This document shows positions 35,375-44,410 of a DNA stretch of 51,308 nt, piece by piece; positions within the stretch are counted from its first letter, which is position 1, and each line of letters opens with the position of its first letter. Under the pieces are notes generated by a model. That model had not been told where the DNA came from and made no database searches. It saw only the letters and a list, made by a program, of their open reading frames with translations. A program made the translations under genes and the position numbers. The stretch spans positions 1 to 51,308 of the IMG/VR virus record IMGVR_UViG_3300020045_016833; one strand, 5' to 3'. This stretch comes from a virus (Duplodnaviria > Caudoviricetes).

Positions 35375-38300
35375 ATGGCAAACGGATTAATTACAAGAAA
35401 AGATATTATTGAGGACCAGGCTTTGACTATTGGTACCGAATATGCTAAAAATATGCAACCGGCTATTGAAGCTAATAGGCAATTAGTGGCTTCCCTTAAA
35501 GAGATGGCGCCATTGATTAATGCTTTTAGAAAAACAGACAGCCAGCAGGCATATACTGCACTAAAACAGCAAGAAAATTTAACAACCCTTCAGGCAATCA
35601 ATGCTAATAAATTATTGGAAGCTTCGGAACTTTCTTTGGAAAAAATAAAACAATCCAAACTTAAAACTGATAAAGAAGCTTTAAACGTTCAGGCTAAAAT
35701 AGAGACTGCAAAAAAAATAAATACAAAACTTACAATTGAAGAACGGGTACAAAACGAAGTAAACAACCGTCTTTTAAAACAGGAAGCAAGGGAACGTTTA
35801 GGACTGGTTACAGCTTATGAAAAATTAAATAGAGAAAGGCTTGAAGCACAAAAAAGGTTGGCAAATTTGCTTTCTGCAGAAGTTAAAAACAATGCAGAAA
35901 TAAGAATAGCACAACGCGAGTATGAAAAGCTTGATGTTAGAGTAAAAGCAGTTGATGCTGCCGTAAAAAATTACTCAAAAAACATTGGTAACTACGGTTC
36001 AGCATTTGAAGGTCTAAATGGCACAATGCGGGAATTAATAGCAACTTTCGGGTTAGTTACCGGTTTAGCTTTATTTGGAACCATCGTCAAAGATATTTTT
36101 AGTATCGTTAAGGATTTTGACCGTCAATTAATAGCTGTTGGTAAAACTACGAACATCACCGGTGATGATTTAAAACAATTCGGTCGTGAAGTTGTAGAAC
36201 TTGGTGATAAACTAGATGGTATTACTGTTGATGGATTAATTCAATCTGCTGAGGTTGCAGGACAATTAGGCGTTACCGGAACATCTAATATTTTAAAGTT
36301 CTCAACAGCTATAGAAAAGTTAAAACTAACATCGAATATCATATCAGATGAACAGGTTGGCCAGTTTGCTAAATTTATCGAGGTTTCTTCAGACAGTTTT
36401 GAAAATGCCGATAAATTGGCATCTGTAATAACTCAATTGGGTAATTCATTTGCTACTACTGAAGCTGAGGTTTTGGCTAATGCTACCGAAATTCAAAAAG
36501 GTATCGCAGTCTATAACACATCTGCTCAAGGCGTTTTGGCTCTTGGTTCTGCCACATCTACGTTAGGTAATGAGGCTGAAAGTTCAAGAAGTGCCATCCA
36601 GTCCACATTTGCAGTAATCAACAATGCAATTGCTACTGGTGCAAATCTCGAAAAAGTATTAAAACTTACCGGACTGACTCAAAAAGAACTTTCTAAACAA
36701 TTCAATCAGGATGCAACAGGTGTATTCGTGAAATTCGTCAAAGGATTGAGTGATGCAAAAAAAGAAGGTCAAAATTTAGCTCTTGTTTTAAATGATGTTG
36801 AAATAACAGAAAAAAGAGCATTTACAGTTATTGGTTCTTTGGCTGCTAATTATGGAATTTTGGAAAGTTCCATTGCTCAAGCAAACAAAGAATACATTGA
36901 CAATGCAGCTTTGAATAAAGAAGTTTTGGCAGCTTCAGAGAGCATTGCATCAATTATTGGTGATTTAAGAGACAAATGGGAAGCTTACGTTTTACAAACG
37001 AATGATGCCAATTCCGGATCAGAGGCGCTTACCAAAACATTGAAATTTCTAAGAGACAATTTCAAGGAAATTATAAATTTTGTATTGAAAGCCGGAACCG
37101 TTCTTTTTACATATTTAGGAATAGTTAAAGCTGTAAATTTCATTATGGCAATATCAGCAGGACTACAAACTGCATGGACCGCAGCTCAAATTCGTTTTGC
37201 ATTGGCTACTGGATTAGGTACTCAATCAATATTAGCTCAAGCAGCTGCTGCAAGAACCGCTATGGTTGCACAAGAAGGATTGAATGTTGCTGTTAAAGCA
37301 ACTCCTTGGGGTTTAATTCTTGGTTTTTTATCTGCTGCAGTAGTTGCATACATGGTTTTCAATGATGAGATGAGCCAAGCCGAAAAGAACATTCAAAATA
37401 TTGTGGATGCTAATAAAGCACTTCAAGAATCAGAAAAAGGATATGCTGATCAAAGGGATAAAGCCAATGCTGAAAGATTCAAAAGTATAGAAGATGAAAT
37501 TAAACTAAAAAAAGCACAAGGAGGAAATTCTGAGACACTGGATAAAGAGGAAATTGCCAGAAAAAAAGAAGTTGTAGCAGCTCAGATTAAAGTTTTTTCA
37601 GATTTAAAGGCCGTTGAATTAGAAAGAACGCAAACAGAAATAAGCAATTCTAGACAGCGTATTGCTCAAATGGAAATAGAGCGTACAGCTTTAGTAAAAA
37701 GTGGATTTAGAGTGAGTAAGCAAGGAAATACTGAAGAAGATCTTACCGATCAAATTTCGGCTGAAAAAAACAAGCTTAACGCCAAAAAAGCAATACTTAC
37801 TGAGAATTCAAGATTGACTATCGAGGAAAGAAACAGGCTATCAAAACAGCTACAGGATTTAGAGCAGAATTCAGCGGTTAAAGATGCTGAAATTAAAGCC
37901 GAAGCCGATAAAAAAGCAATTGCAGCCAGAAAAAAATATCTAAAAGAATTGTATGATGCCAGGAAAAAAGCAATTGATGATGAATTCAAGTTGTCGCAAT
38001 TCAGGCTTCAAGTCGCTATTGATATGGATGAAGAAATATTGAAAAACGACAAAGGTTCATTAAATGATCGTGTAGATGCTTTATCGGAATACCAACAGTT
38101 AGTTACTGCTAAAACTAAAGCAGCTGCTGAATACGAATTACAACAATTAGGCATTTACAATGAGAAAACCGGTAAGCTAGTTCGTGAATTGTCTAATAAT
38201 GAAATCAAAATACTATTGGATGAAGGGACTATAAAGAAAAAATTGACATCAGAGCAATTATTAATCCTGGAGAAGTACCAAAACGAGCAAACCAAATTAA

Positions 38301-39568
38301 AGCAAAAAGGAGTTGAGGAGCGTCAGAAAATAATTGACAGTCAAGTTGAAACTATAATCAAGGATTCATCTTCAAAAACACAAGATCAGGATACTGAGTT
38401 AAGCAAAGCTTTAGAAGCGGAAAACATCAAGTTTAAAGCGACAATTGAAGGTCAAAAAAATATTAAGAATGCCACCGAAGAACACGAACGCCAAATATTA
38501 GCTATCAAAGAAATTTATGCTAAAAAAGGATTGCAGGTTCAAATTGACGCCATTCAAACATTATTAGATGCTCAGGATGAATTACCAAAAGAAGAACAAA
38601 TTTCGGCTGATAAAAGAGCCAAAATTGAAAATGATTTAGCCAAGTATAAACTGCAACTTTCCGAAGTTAGTTTAGATGTTTTTAAAGCACAAGCTGAAAA
38701 AAGAGTTGAATTAGAGAAAGAAGCAGTCGAAACAATCAAAGAACTTTCTATTGCATTAAAAGACACTTTGGTTGATTTAACCAATACTATTTTTGATGCT
38801 AGAATTCAAAATATTGACAACGATATTACAGCATCTAATGATTATTACGATCAACAAATAGAGCTTGCAGGTAATGATGAGAGACAAAAATCACTTTTAG
38901 AAAAAGAACGAGCCAAAAAAGAAAAAGAACTTCAAAAAGAAAAACAAAAGGAAATTGTAAAACAGGCAGTATTCAACAAAGTTATTGCTCTAGCTGAGAT
39001 TGGACTAAACTTAGCCAAAACTGTTTCTGCTTTGAATTTAGCGGCTGCCGAATTAGACGCAATATCATTTGGAATAGCAGGAACTCCTTATCGCGCTATT
39101 CAAATTCCTTTAGCAATTGGATTAGCTGCAGCACAAGCAGCTGTTGTATTGGCCACTCCAATACCTAAATATAAAATGGGTCGTAAAGGAGGTCCTGCTG
39201 AGGTTGCCGAAGTGGGTGACGGTGGAGTTCATGAAGTTATTTCCCGTCCTGATGGTTCCGGTGCAAGAATTACACCTAACAAACCTACATTGACTTTCTT
39301 ACAACAGGATGATGTTGTACACAAATCAATGGCTGATTTTTATGAATATAAAAGACGTTCTGTATTGAAAGGATTTTACAAAGAAAAAGAATTGGCCAGT
39401 AGTTTTCATCTGATTGGTAATGGTCAAAATAATAGTCCTGAATTACTAAATGAATTAAGAAGAAATACTGAAGCTATTAAAAAACAAAAGACAAATGTTC
39501 ACGTAACAAATAAAATTGATTTTGGTTACGAAAATTACAGAAGGTCTAATATAAACTGGAGAGCATAA
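35375..39568 (+). CDS. Tail tape measure protein
   Basis: 1397 aa, Ala-rich helical; NIGNY, FDRQLIAVGKTT, AGQLG, TPWG motifs. Confidence 0.92.
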   Translation: MANGLITRKDIIEDQALTIGTEYAKNMQPAIEANRQLVASLKEMAPLINAFRKTDSQQAYTALKQQENLTTLQAINANKLLEASELSLEKIKQSKLKTDKEALNVQAKIETAKKINTKLTIEERVQNEVNNRLLKQEARERLGLVTAYEKLNRERLEAQKRLANLLSAEVKNNAEIRIAQREYEKLDVRVKAVDAAVKNYSKNIGNYGSAFEGLNGTMRELIATFGLVTGLALFGTIVKDIFSIVKDFDRQLIAVGKTTNITGDDLKQFGREVVELGDKLDGITVDGLIQSAEVAGQLGVTGTSNILKFSTAIEKLKLTSNIISDEQVGQFAKFIEVSSDSFENADKLASVITQLGNSFATTEAEVLANATEIQKGIAVYNTSAQGVLALGSATSTLGNEAESSRSAIQSTFAVINNAIATGANLEKVLKLTGLTQKELSKQFNQDATGVFVKFVKGLSDAKKEGQNLALVLNDVEITEKRAFTVIGSLAANYGILESSIAQANKEYIDNAALNKEVLAASESIASIIGDLRDKWEAYVLQTNDANSGSEALTKTLKFLRDNFKEIINFVLKAGTVLFTYLGIVKAVNFIMAISAGLQTAWTAAQIRFALATGLGTQSILAQAAAARTAMVAQEGLNVAVKATPWGLILGFLSAAVVAYMVFNDEMSQAEKNIQNIVDANKALQESEKGYADQRDKANAERFKSIEDEIKLKKAQGGNSETLDKEEIARKKEVVAAQIKVFSDLKAVELERTQTEISNSRQRIAQMEIERTALVKSGFRVSKQGNTEEDLTDQISAEKNKLNAKKAILTENSRLTIEERNRLSKQLQDLEQNSAVKDAEIKAEADKKAIAARKKYLKELYDARKKAIDDEFKLSQFRLQVAIDMDEEILKNDKGSLNDRVDALSEYQQLVTAKTKAAAEYELQQLGIYNEKTGKLVRELSNNEIKILLDEGTIKKKLTSEQLLILEKYQNEQTKLKQKGVEERQKIIDSQVETIIKDSSSKTQDQDTELSKALEAENIKFKATIEGQKNIKNATEEHERQILAIKEIYAKKGLQVQIDAIQTLLDAQDELPKEEQISADKRAKIENDLAKYKLQLSEVSLDVFKAQAEKRVELEKEAVETIKELSIALKDTLVDLTNTIFDARIQNIDNDITASNDYYDQQIELAGNDERQKSLLEKERAKKEKELQKEKQKEIVKQAVFNKVIALAEIGLNLAKTVSALNLAAAELDAISFGIAGTPYRAIQIPLAIGLAAAQAAVVLATPIPKYKMGRKGGPAEVAEVGDGGVHEVISRPDGSGARITPNKPTLTFLQQDDVVHKSMADFYEYKRRSVLKGFYKEKELASSFHLIGNGQNNSPELLNELRRNTEAIKKQKTNVHVTNKIDFGYENYRRSNINWRA

Positions 39569-41805
39569 TGGGAACAATTAATTATGGATATATTGACAGA
39601 GTAAAATACGAATTGGAATGCAAAAAGCTCGGATATTCGATAAATATTACTGCACCTATCGGATGGAATAACGATGACAAAGAGTTTGCCAGAAATACAG
39701 AATATGACGGTATAGTGGCTAAGTTTTCCAATTCTCTAAAATTCATTGATGATGGAGCCGATTATATTAATTTAGCTTATGAACTCTACGATGTCATGGC
39801 CGAAATAAAACTGACCAAATTCGAACGCCATCCCAAAACTGACAAATGGGTAAGAAGCTATTGGGGTTATTTGGATTTAATGACTCGAAAAATGGAAGAC
39901 AACCAACTTTCAGTTAAATTTAATTCCGGTGGATTGCAGGAAGATATTAAATCTAGGGAAGATGAAAGCGTCGAAATTGACAGGCTAACTACTATAAGCG
40001 GTTCTGCCATAGATCCCATTGCTGAAAAGGAAGTTTTTCTGGGAGGAAGAAGAATATTCTTAAAATCAAAATGGGAAGTTAAGCCCTTGGAAAATGAAGC
40101 CTTTTTAACGGTATTCTCTAACGATGGTAACACTAGATCGGAAACACAAGGAATTCCTATTTCTTTAACATCTCGATCTCATGAACAAGCCCAATATATC
40201 CTTTCTGATTCGAGAGGAGATGAAAGTGTGGGATCAAGCGGAATGATGTTTTTGGCTAATTTTGATAGAACCCGGGAACTAAATATAAGAGGTGTTGGAT
40301 TTTCATTTAAACCAAAAATAACAGAAAGTGACTGGCAGTGGGCATTCTTTAAAGTTTGTTTAACTACTTATCAGAATGGAACTGATTACAATTTGAAGTC
40401 AAGAGTTAATCTTTTTCATGCTGGAGAAAACTCAACGACAATGTCAAATTTATGGGATATCAACAATAAAACAATAACAATACCTAATTTCAATATTCCT
40501 ATTGTGGTCAACGAGGGAGAAAGTGTGGCTTTGGAATTTTTTATAAAAGCCGATTTAAAAAATTATATTGCTTCAAGAGCTCGTTACTATGTTGAGGTTA
40601 AAGATATACAAGGCACTTTATTCGCTGAAGAGGATTCTCATTTTGATACATCTACAGCCAAATGTTACTTGGCTCATGACTTATTAAACCAGCTTACGAC
40701 TATTTGTGCCAATAAAAAGAAAGTGTTTTATTCTGATTATTTTGGAAGAACTGATTTAGGTTACACACAAAATGGACCAGGTGCTTACATTGGAATGACG
40801 CATGGTTTTGCAGTAAGAGGATTTACGAAGTTACCCATTCCGGATGCTGATAATGGTATAGAAAATTTATACAAACCCATGACTACTTCTTTAAGAGATG
40901 CTTTTTCGTCTTTAAAAAGTGTCTTGAATGTTGGAGTAGGAATAGAAGAGGTAAACGGTAAAGAACGTGTGAGAGTAGAGGATTTGAGTTTTTTTTACAA
41001 TAATAACATCACTATCAAATTACCTAATCAGGTTAAAAAATTAACGCGTGTTACAGCAACTGATTATTACTGGCCATCTATTGAAGTAGGTTTTGAAAAT
41101 GGAGGAAATAACGAAGAAGCGCAAGGATTAGACGAGCCAAATGGCAAATCCAATTTTACGACATTTATAAACAAGGGAAAAAATGTTTATTCGCAAATTT
41201 CAAAATATATTGGTGGAGCGTACCCTATGGAATTTACCAGAAGAAAACCTTTATCTCTATATCCTACAGAAGATACTAAATATGATACCGATGTTTTCTT
41301 GCTTGATTTAAAACCAGGTAACAATATATTAGAACAAAGAAAATGGCAGGATGATTTAGAAAAAGCGCCTACTGGTATATTTTCGCCTGAAACAGCTACC
41401 AATTTACGTTTTTCTCCATTCAATATGTTATTACGACATGGTTGGGTAATAGCTGCAGGATTGACAAAATTTGCTACAGAGAAAATTCGTTATGGATCTT
41501 CTACTGCAAATAGTCAGATGAAAACTCAATTAATTGGAGGGAATGAGTATTCTGAAAATGGCGAAATTATTAATGGCGAACTTAAAAAAGCTCGTTTTGT
41601 CGCCGAATGGATAGAATTTGAGCACGATTGTACTTTTGATATCATGCAAATGGTACAAGGAACTACCAAAATAAACGGAAAAGTAATTCAAAATTTCTAT
41701 GGTACAATCCAGTTTATCAATGATAAAAATCAAATTGAAAAAGGGTTTCTTTTCAATCTGAAACCAAACGACGGAAAATGGAAGCTTTTAAAATCAAACA
41801 GATAA
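39568..41805 (+). CDS. Tail tip/baseplate protein
   Basis: Position after tape measure. Confidence 0.65.
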   Translation: MGTINYGYIDRVKYELECKKLGYSINITAPIGWNNDDKEFARNTEYDGIVAKFSNSLKFIDDGADYINLAYELYDVMAEIKLTKFERHPKTDKWVRSYWGYLDLMTRKMEDNQLSVKFNSGGLQEDIKSREDESVEIDRLTTISGSAIDPIAEKEVFLGGRRIFLKSKWEVKPLENEAFLTVFSNDGNTRSETQGIPISLTSRSHEQAQYILSDSRGDESVGSSGMMFLANFDRTRELNIRGVGFSFKPKITESDWQWAFFKVCLTTYQNGTDYNLKSRVNLFHAGENSTTMSNLWDINNKTITIPNFNIPIVVNEGESVALEFFIKADLKNYIASRARYYVEVKDIQGTLFAEEDSHFDTSTAKCYLAHDLLNQLTTICANKKKVFYSDYFGRTDLGYTQNGPGAYIGMTHGFAVRGFTKLPIPDADNGIENLYKPMTTSLRDAFSSLKSVLNVGVGIEEVNGKERVRVEDLSFFYNNNITIKLPNQVKKLTRVTATDYYWPSIEVGFENGGNNEEAQGLDEPNGKSNFTTFINKGKNVYSQISKYIGGAYPMEFTRRKPLSLYPTEDTKYDTDVFLLDLKPGNNILEQRKWQDDLEKAPTGIFSPETATNLRFSPFNMLLRHGWVIAAGLTKFATEKIRYGSSTANSQMKTQLIGGNEYSENGEIINGELKKARFVAEWIEFEHDCTFDIMQMVQGTTKINGKVIQNFYGTIQFINDKNQIEKGFLFNLKPNDGKWKLLKSNR

Positions 41806-41809
41806 GACT

Positions 41810-43834
41810 ATGGCAAATTCTAAAATAACAATAAATTTTGTAATAGTTCCTGGAGAAGGAACTGTACTAAACATTACTGAAACTAATTTAAATATTTCAT
41901 TATTTGAAACTTTTAGAGAAAGTAGATTGGGTAGTAATCAAGTAGAACTTCCTATTTTTGAACCGGATGATGGTTTTCATCCTGATAGGTATTTTGGTTT
42001 TATATCTACAAATTATAAAAATGCATTTAATTTAGACCATAATGCAGGTGGATTATTTACCGTCACAAGCGTAAGCGGTCCAGTTAATTCTGGCATCGGA
42101 ACTGTAGTTATAACTGCAAATTACCCAAATGCTAATTTTGTAATAAATGGATCTACAGCTGGAGCCACAATAATTACTGATAATCAAGAAGTGGTACCTG
42201 ATTTTAATATTTCAAGTGTAAGTTTTTCAAAGGCTACAACAGATCAATCTCAAAAAGTAAAAGTAAATGCAACTACTTCTGAGTTGGCCACTAAGATTAT
42301 TTCTCCTTTTGCATTAAACGGCAATGCAGACAATCCATTTAGTTTTGATTGGTTAAGAGGTCAAACTATTAATTTAACTGTAGAAAATGAAGCTGGAATT
42401 CAATCCACACAATCAATTGTATTGCCGGCTTTATTAAACGAGTTAAACTTTTCTTCACAAATAAGTAATAGTCCAAACGGAGCCACTGTAGTAATTGAGA
42501 ATACATCTAGCAACGGATTAGTATTGCAATATTCATTAGATAACGTAACATTTCAATCTTCTAATATATTTCCAGGATTAGAAACAGGGAATTACACTTT
42601 TTATGTGATAGATCAGTTTGGAGGTGCAATTTCAAAAACATTTGAAATCACAGAAAACGGAATTTACACGCCTTACTTTTACATATCCAAAAGTAACTCC
42701 ATTCGTTTAGCTAATAGAATTAATTGGGGGGATGCTGCCAACTATAAAAATGATGAAAATACTTTAGGATCTGAGGTTGATGTTCAATTAGCATATTCCG
42801 GTTGTCAAAACTTTAAATCAGCGAATGTAATTACAACACAATTCAAATCGAATTATGCCAATAATTTGGCTACAATTCTAAAATCAGATTTAAGTGAAAT
42901 AAATGTTCCGGTTGTAAAAAAAACTAATAACATTGGAATAAGAGATAAACGGGATGCAGTCATGTACAATCTTGGAAATGGGAAAACAGGAGTTTATTTC
43001 CTGTCTGGAAACATTTATGATTATGTGACGAATGTGGTTTTAGATTCTTTCGCATTGAATGGATTGGTTCCAGAATGGGCAATTATTGGAAATTACATTC
43101 AGTTAGGTACCGCTTGGTTTTTGATTGAAGAAGTTATTTTTGATGAAGCTAAAGAAGCAGACGTTATCGTTTTTTCATACAATTATACCGGAATAGATTC
43201 TGCAGTTGTTGTGGGATCTATTTACAATGACTTCAATTATGAAGTGTACGAGTTTACCATTGATATGGTAAATTATTTAAACCAAACAATTCAGGTTAAA
43301 ATTGAAAATACCGATACTAATTTTGAGTCCATTACCCATCTAAGCGAAAAAATAGATATAGCAGTTAACTTCGATAAGAATGTTGAAATCTACTACTGGA
43401 ATGATGACAACACTGATATTTTTTATGCAACCGGAATTCGTCATTTAATAAATGTAGAGCTAACAAAACAAGAAGGGGTTAGCGAAGAAGAAAGCGACAC
43501 TCACAAAACAGATACAACAGCGATATTATTGAGCGCTCAATTGTATGAACTTAAGAAATTTATTTTTGAGCCTGTGAGTGAGGAAATTTGGAGAAAGATG
43601 ATGATCGCTTTATCGCACAAAAATGTTTTTATTAACGGTGTGCAATATGTGAAAAACGGAAATTTCGAGTCAGAAGGTCCATTGGATAAATCTAATTTAT
43701 ATGTGCTCAAAGCTACGATGCTCAAAACAGGAATAGTGTATAATGCAGATAGCGCTTCAGGTGATGATTTCAATACAGGAAGCATTGAGATTCCGGGATT
43801 AATCCAAACAGAAATTGGGTTTTTGAGGTACTAA
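41810..43834 (+). CDS. Structural tail protein with Ig-like segment
   Basis: LQYSLDNVTFQSSNIFPGLETGNYTFYV SprB/Ig-like motif. Confidence 0.65.
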   Translation: MANSKITINFVIVPGEGTVLNITETNLNISLFETFRESRLGSNQVELPIFEPDDGFHPDRYFGFISTNYKNAFNLDHNAGGLFTVTSVSGPVNSGIGTVVITANYPNANFVINGSTAGATIITDNQEVVPDFNISSVSFSKATTDQSQKVKVNATTSELATKIISPFALNGNADNPFSFDWLRGQTINLTVENEAGIQSTQSIVLPALLNELNFSSQISNSPNGATVVIENTSSNGLVLQYSLDNVTFQSSNIFPGLETGNYTFYVIDQFGGAISKTFEITENGIYTPYFYISKSNSIRLANRINWGDAANYKNDENTLGSEVDVQLAYSGCQNFKSANVITTQFKSNYANNLATILKSDLSEINVPVVKKTNNIGIRDKRDAVMYNLGNGKTGVYFLSGNIYDYVTNVVLDSFALNGLVPEWAIIGNYIQLGTAWFLIEEVIFDEAKEADVIVFSYNYTGIDSAVVVGSIYNDFNYEVYEFTIDMVNYLNQTIQVKIENTDTNFESITHLSEKIDIAVNFDKNVEIYYWNDDNTDIFYATGIRHLINVELTKQEGVSEEESDTHKTDTTAILLSAQLYELKKFIFEPVSEEIWRKMMIALSHKNVFINGVQYVKNGNFESEGPLDKSNLYVLKATMLKTGIVYNADSASGDDFNTGSIEIPGLIQTEIGFLRY

Positions 43835-43857
43835 TCTAATTGTGGCGAATTCGCCTT

Positions 43858-43899
43858 AATTAAAAATGCCACTAATTAAGTTTAGTGGCATTTTTAATT
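43858..43899. terminator. Bidirectional terminator between convergent genes
   Basis: 18-bp stem AATTAAAAATGCCACTAA/TTAGTGGCATTTTTAATT. Confidence 0.7.
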
Positions 43900-44063
43900 T
43901 TATCTGTTATTTCTTTGTATTTCCCAATATGTTTAGGATACTTATTTGATTGATTAAGCTCTTTCAATTTATCAGCTAATAAAATGACTTCTTCTATATC
44001 TCCAAGTTCGCAAGCTTTACGAATATCATCTAATAAAAAATCTATTGCATTATTTTCCATCAA
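43872..44063 (-). CDS. Small hypothetical protein (moron)
   Basis: Coupled to 44060-44272. Confidence 0.55.
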   Translation of the reverse strand: MMENNAIDFLLDDIRKACELGDIEEVILLADKLKELNQSNKYPKHIGKYKEITDKIKNATKLN

Positions 44064-44272
44064 TTCTTATCTTTTAGTTCAAAGATCTTCTTCTTCGTAA
44101 CATCATCAATAATCGAAATATTACGGTGGTTATGATGGTGGTGGTGGTGGTGCACGGAACGATCAATAAATGTTGGTCCCTTATCTTTTTTGCCAAACAA
44201 AGCTTCGCCTATGACTTTGAACACAAGCCAGCAACCACCTACGCAAATAATAAATAAAAATAATATTCCCAT
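44060..44272 (-). CDS. Small membrane protein with poly-His tract (moron)
   Basis: N-terminal TM helix, HHHHHHHNH; TAATTTTG -7 box on the minus strand at 44277-44284. Confidence 0.65.
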   Translation of the reverse strand: MGILFLFIICVGGCWLVFKVIGEALFGKKDKGPTFIDRSVHHHHHHHNHRNISIIDDVTKKKIFELKDKN

Positions 44273-44339
44273 ATTCCAAAATTACGAAGAAATCAAATCC
44301 TATTGTTTCTTTATTAAGACTTTATGTATCAATAAATAC

Positions 44340-44387
44340 TATTTTTATTTAGACTAAATTAAAATAAGATAAAATTGTTTACATTTG
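44340..44387 (+). promoter_or_regulatory. Second Fur-box-like element plus -7 box for the tail-fibre/lysis unit
   Basis: 44340-44367 is 27/28 identical to 28148-28175; TACATTTG at 44380-44387. Confidence 0.65.
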
Positions 44388-44410
44388 TTTGTATAAAAAC
44401 TTCAACACTA

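Noticed and set aside
34056-35375. Programmed -1 frameshift in tail chaperone genes
   Set aside because: No convincing slippery site leading into an extended overlapping frame
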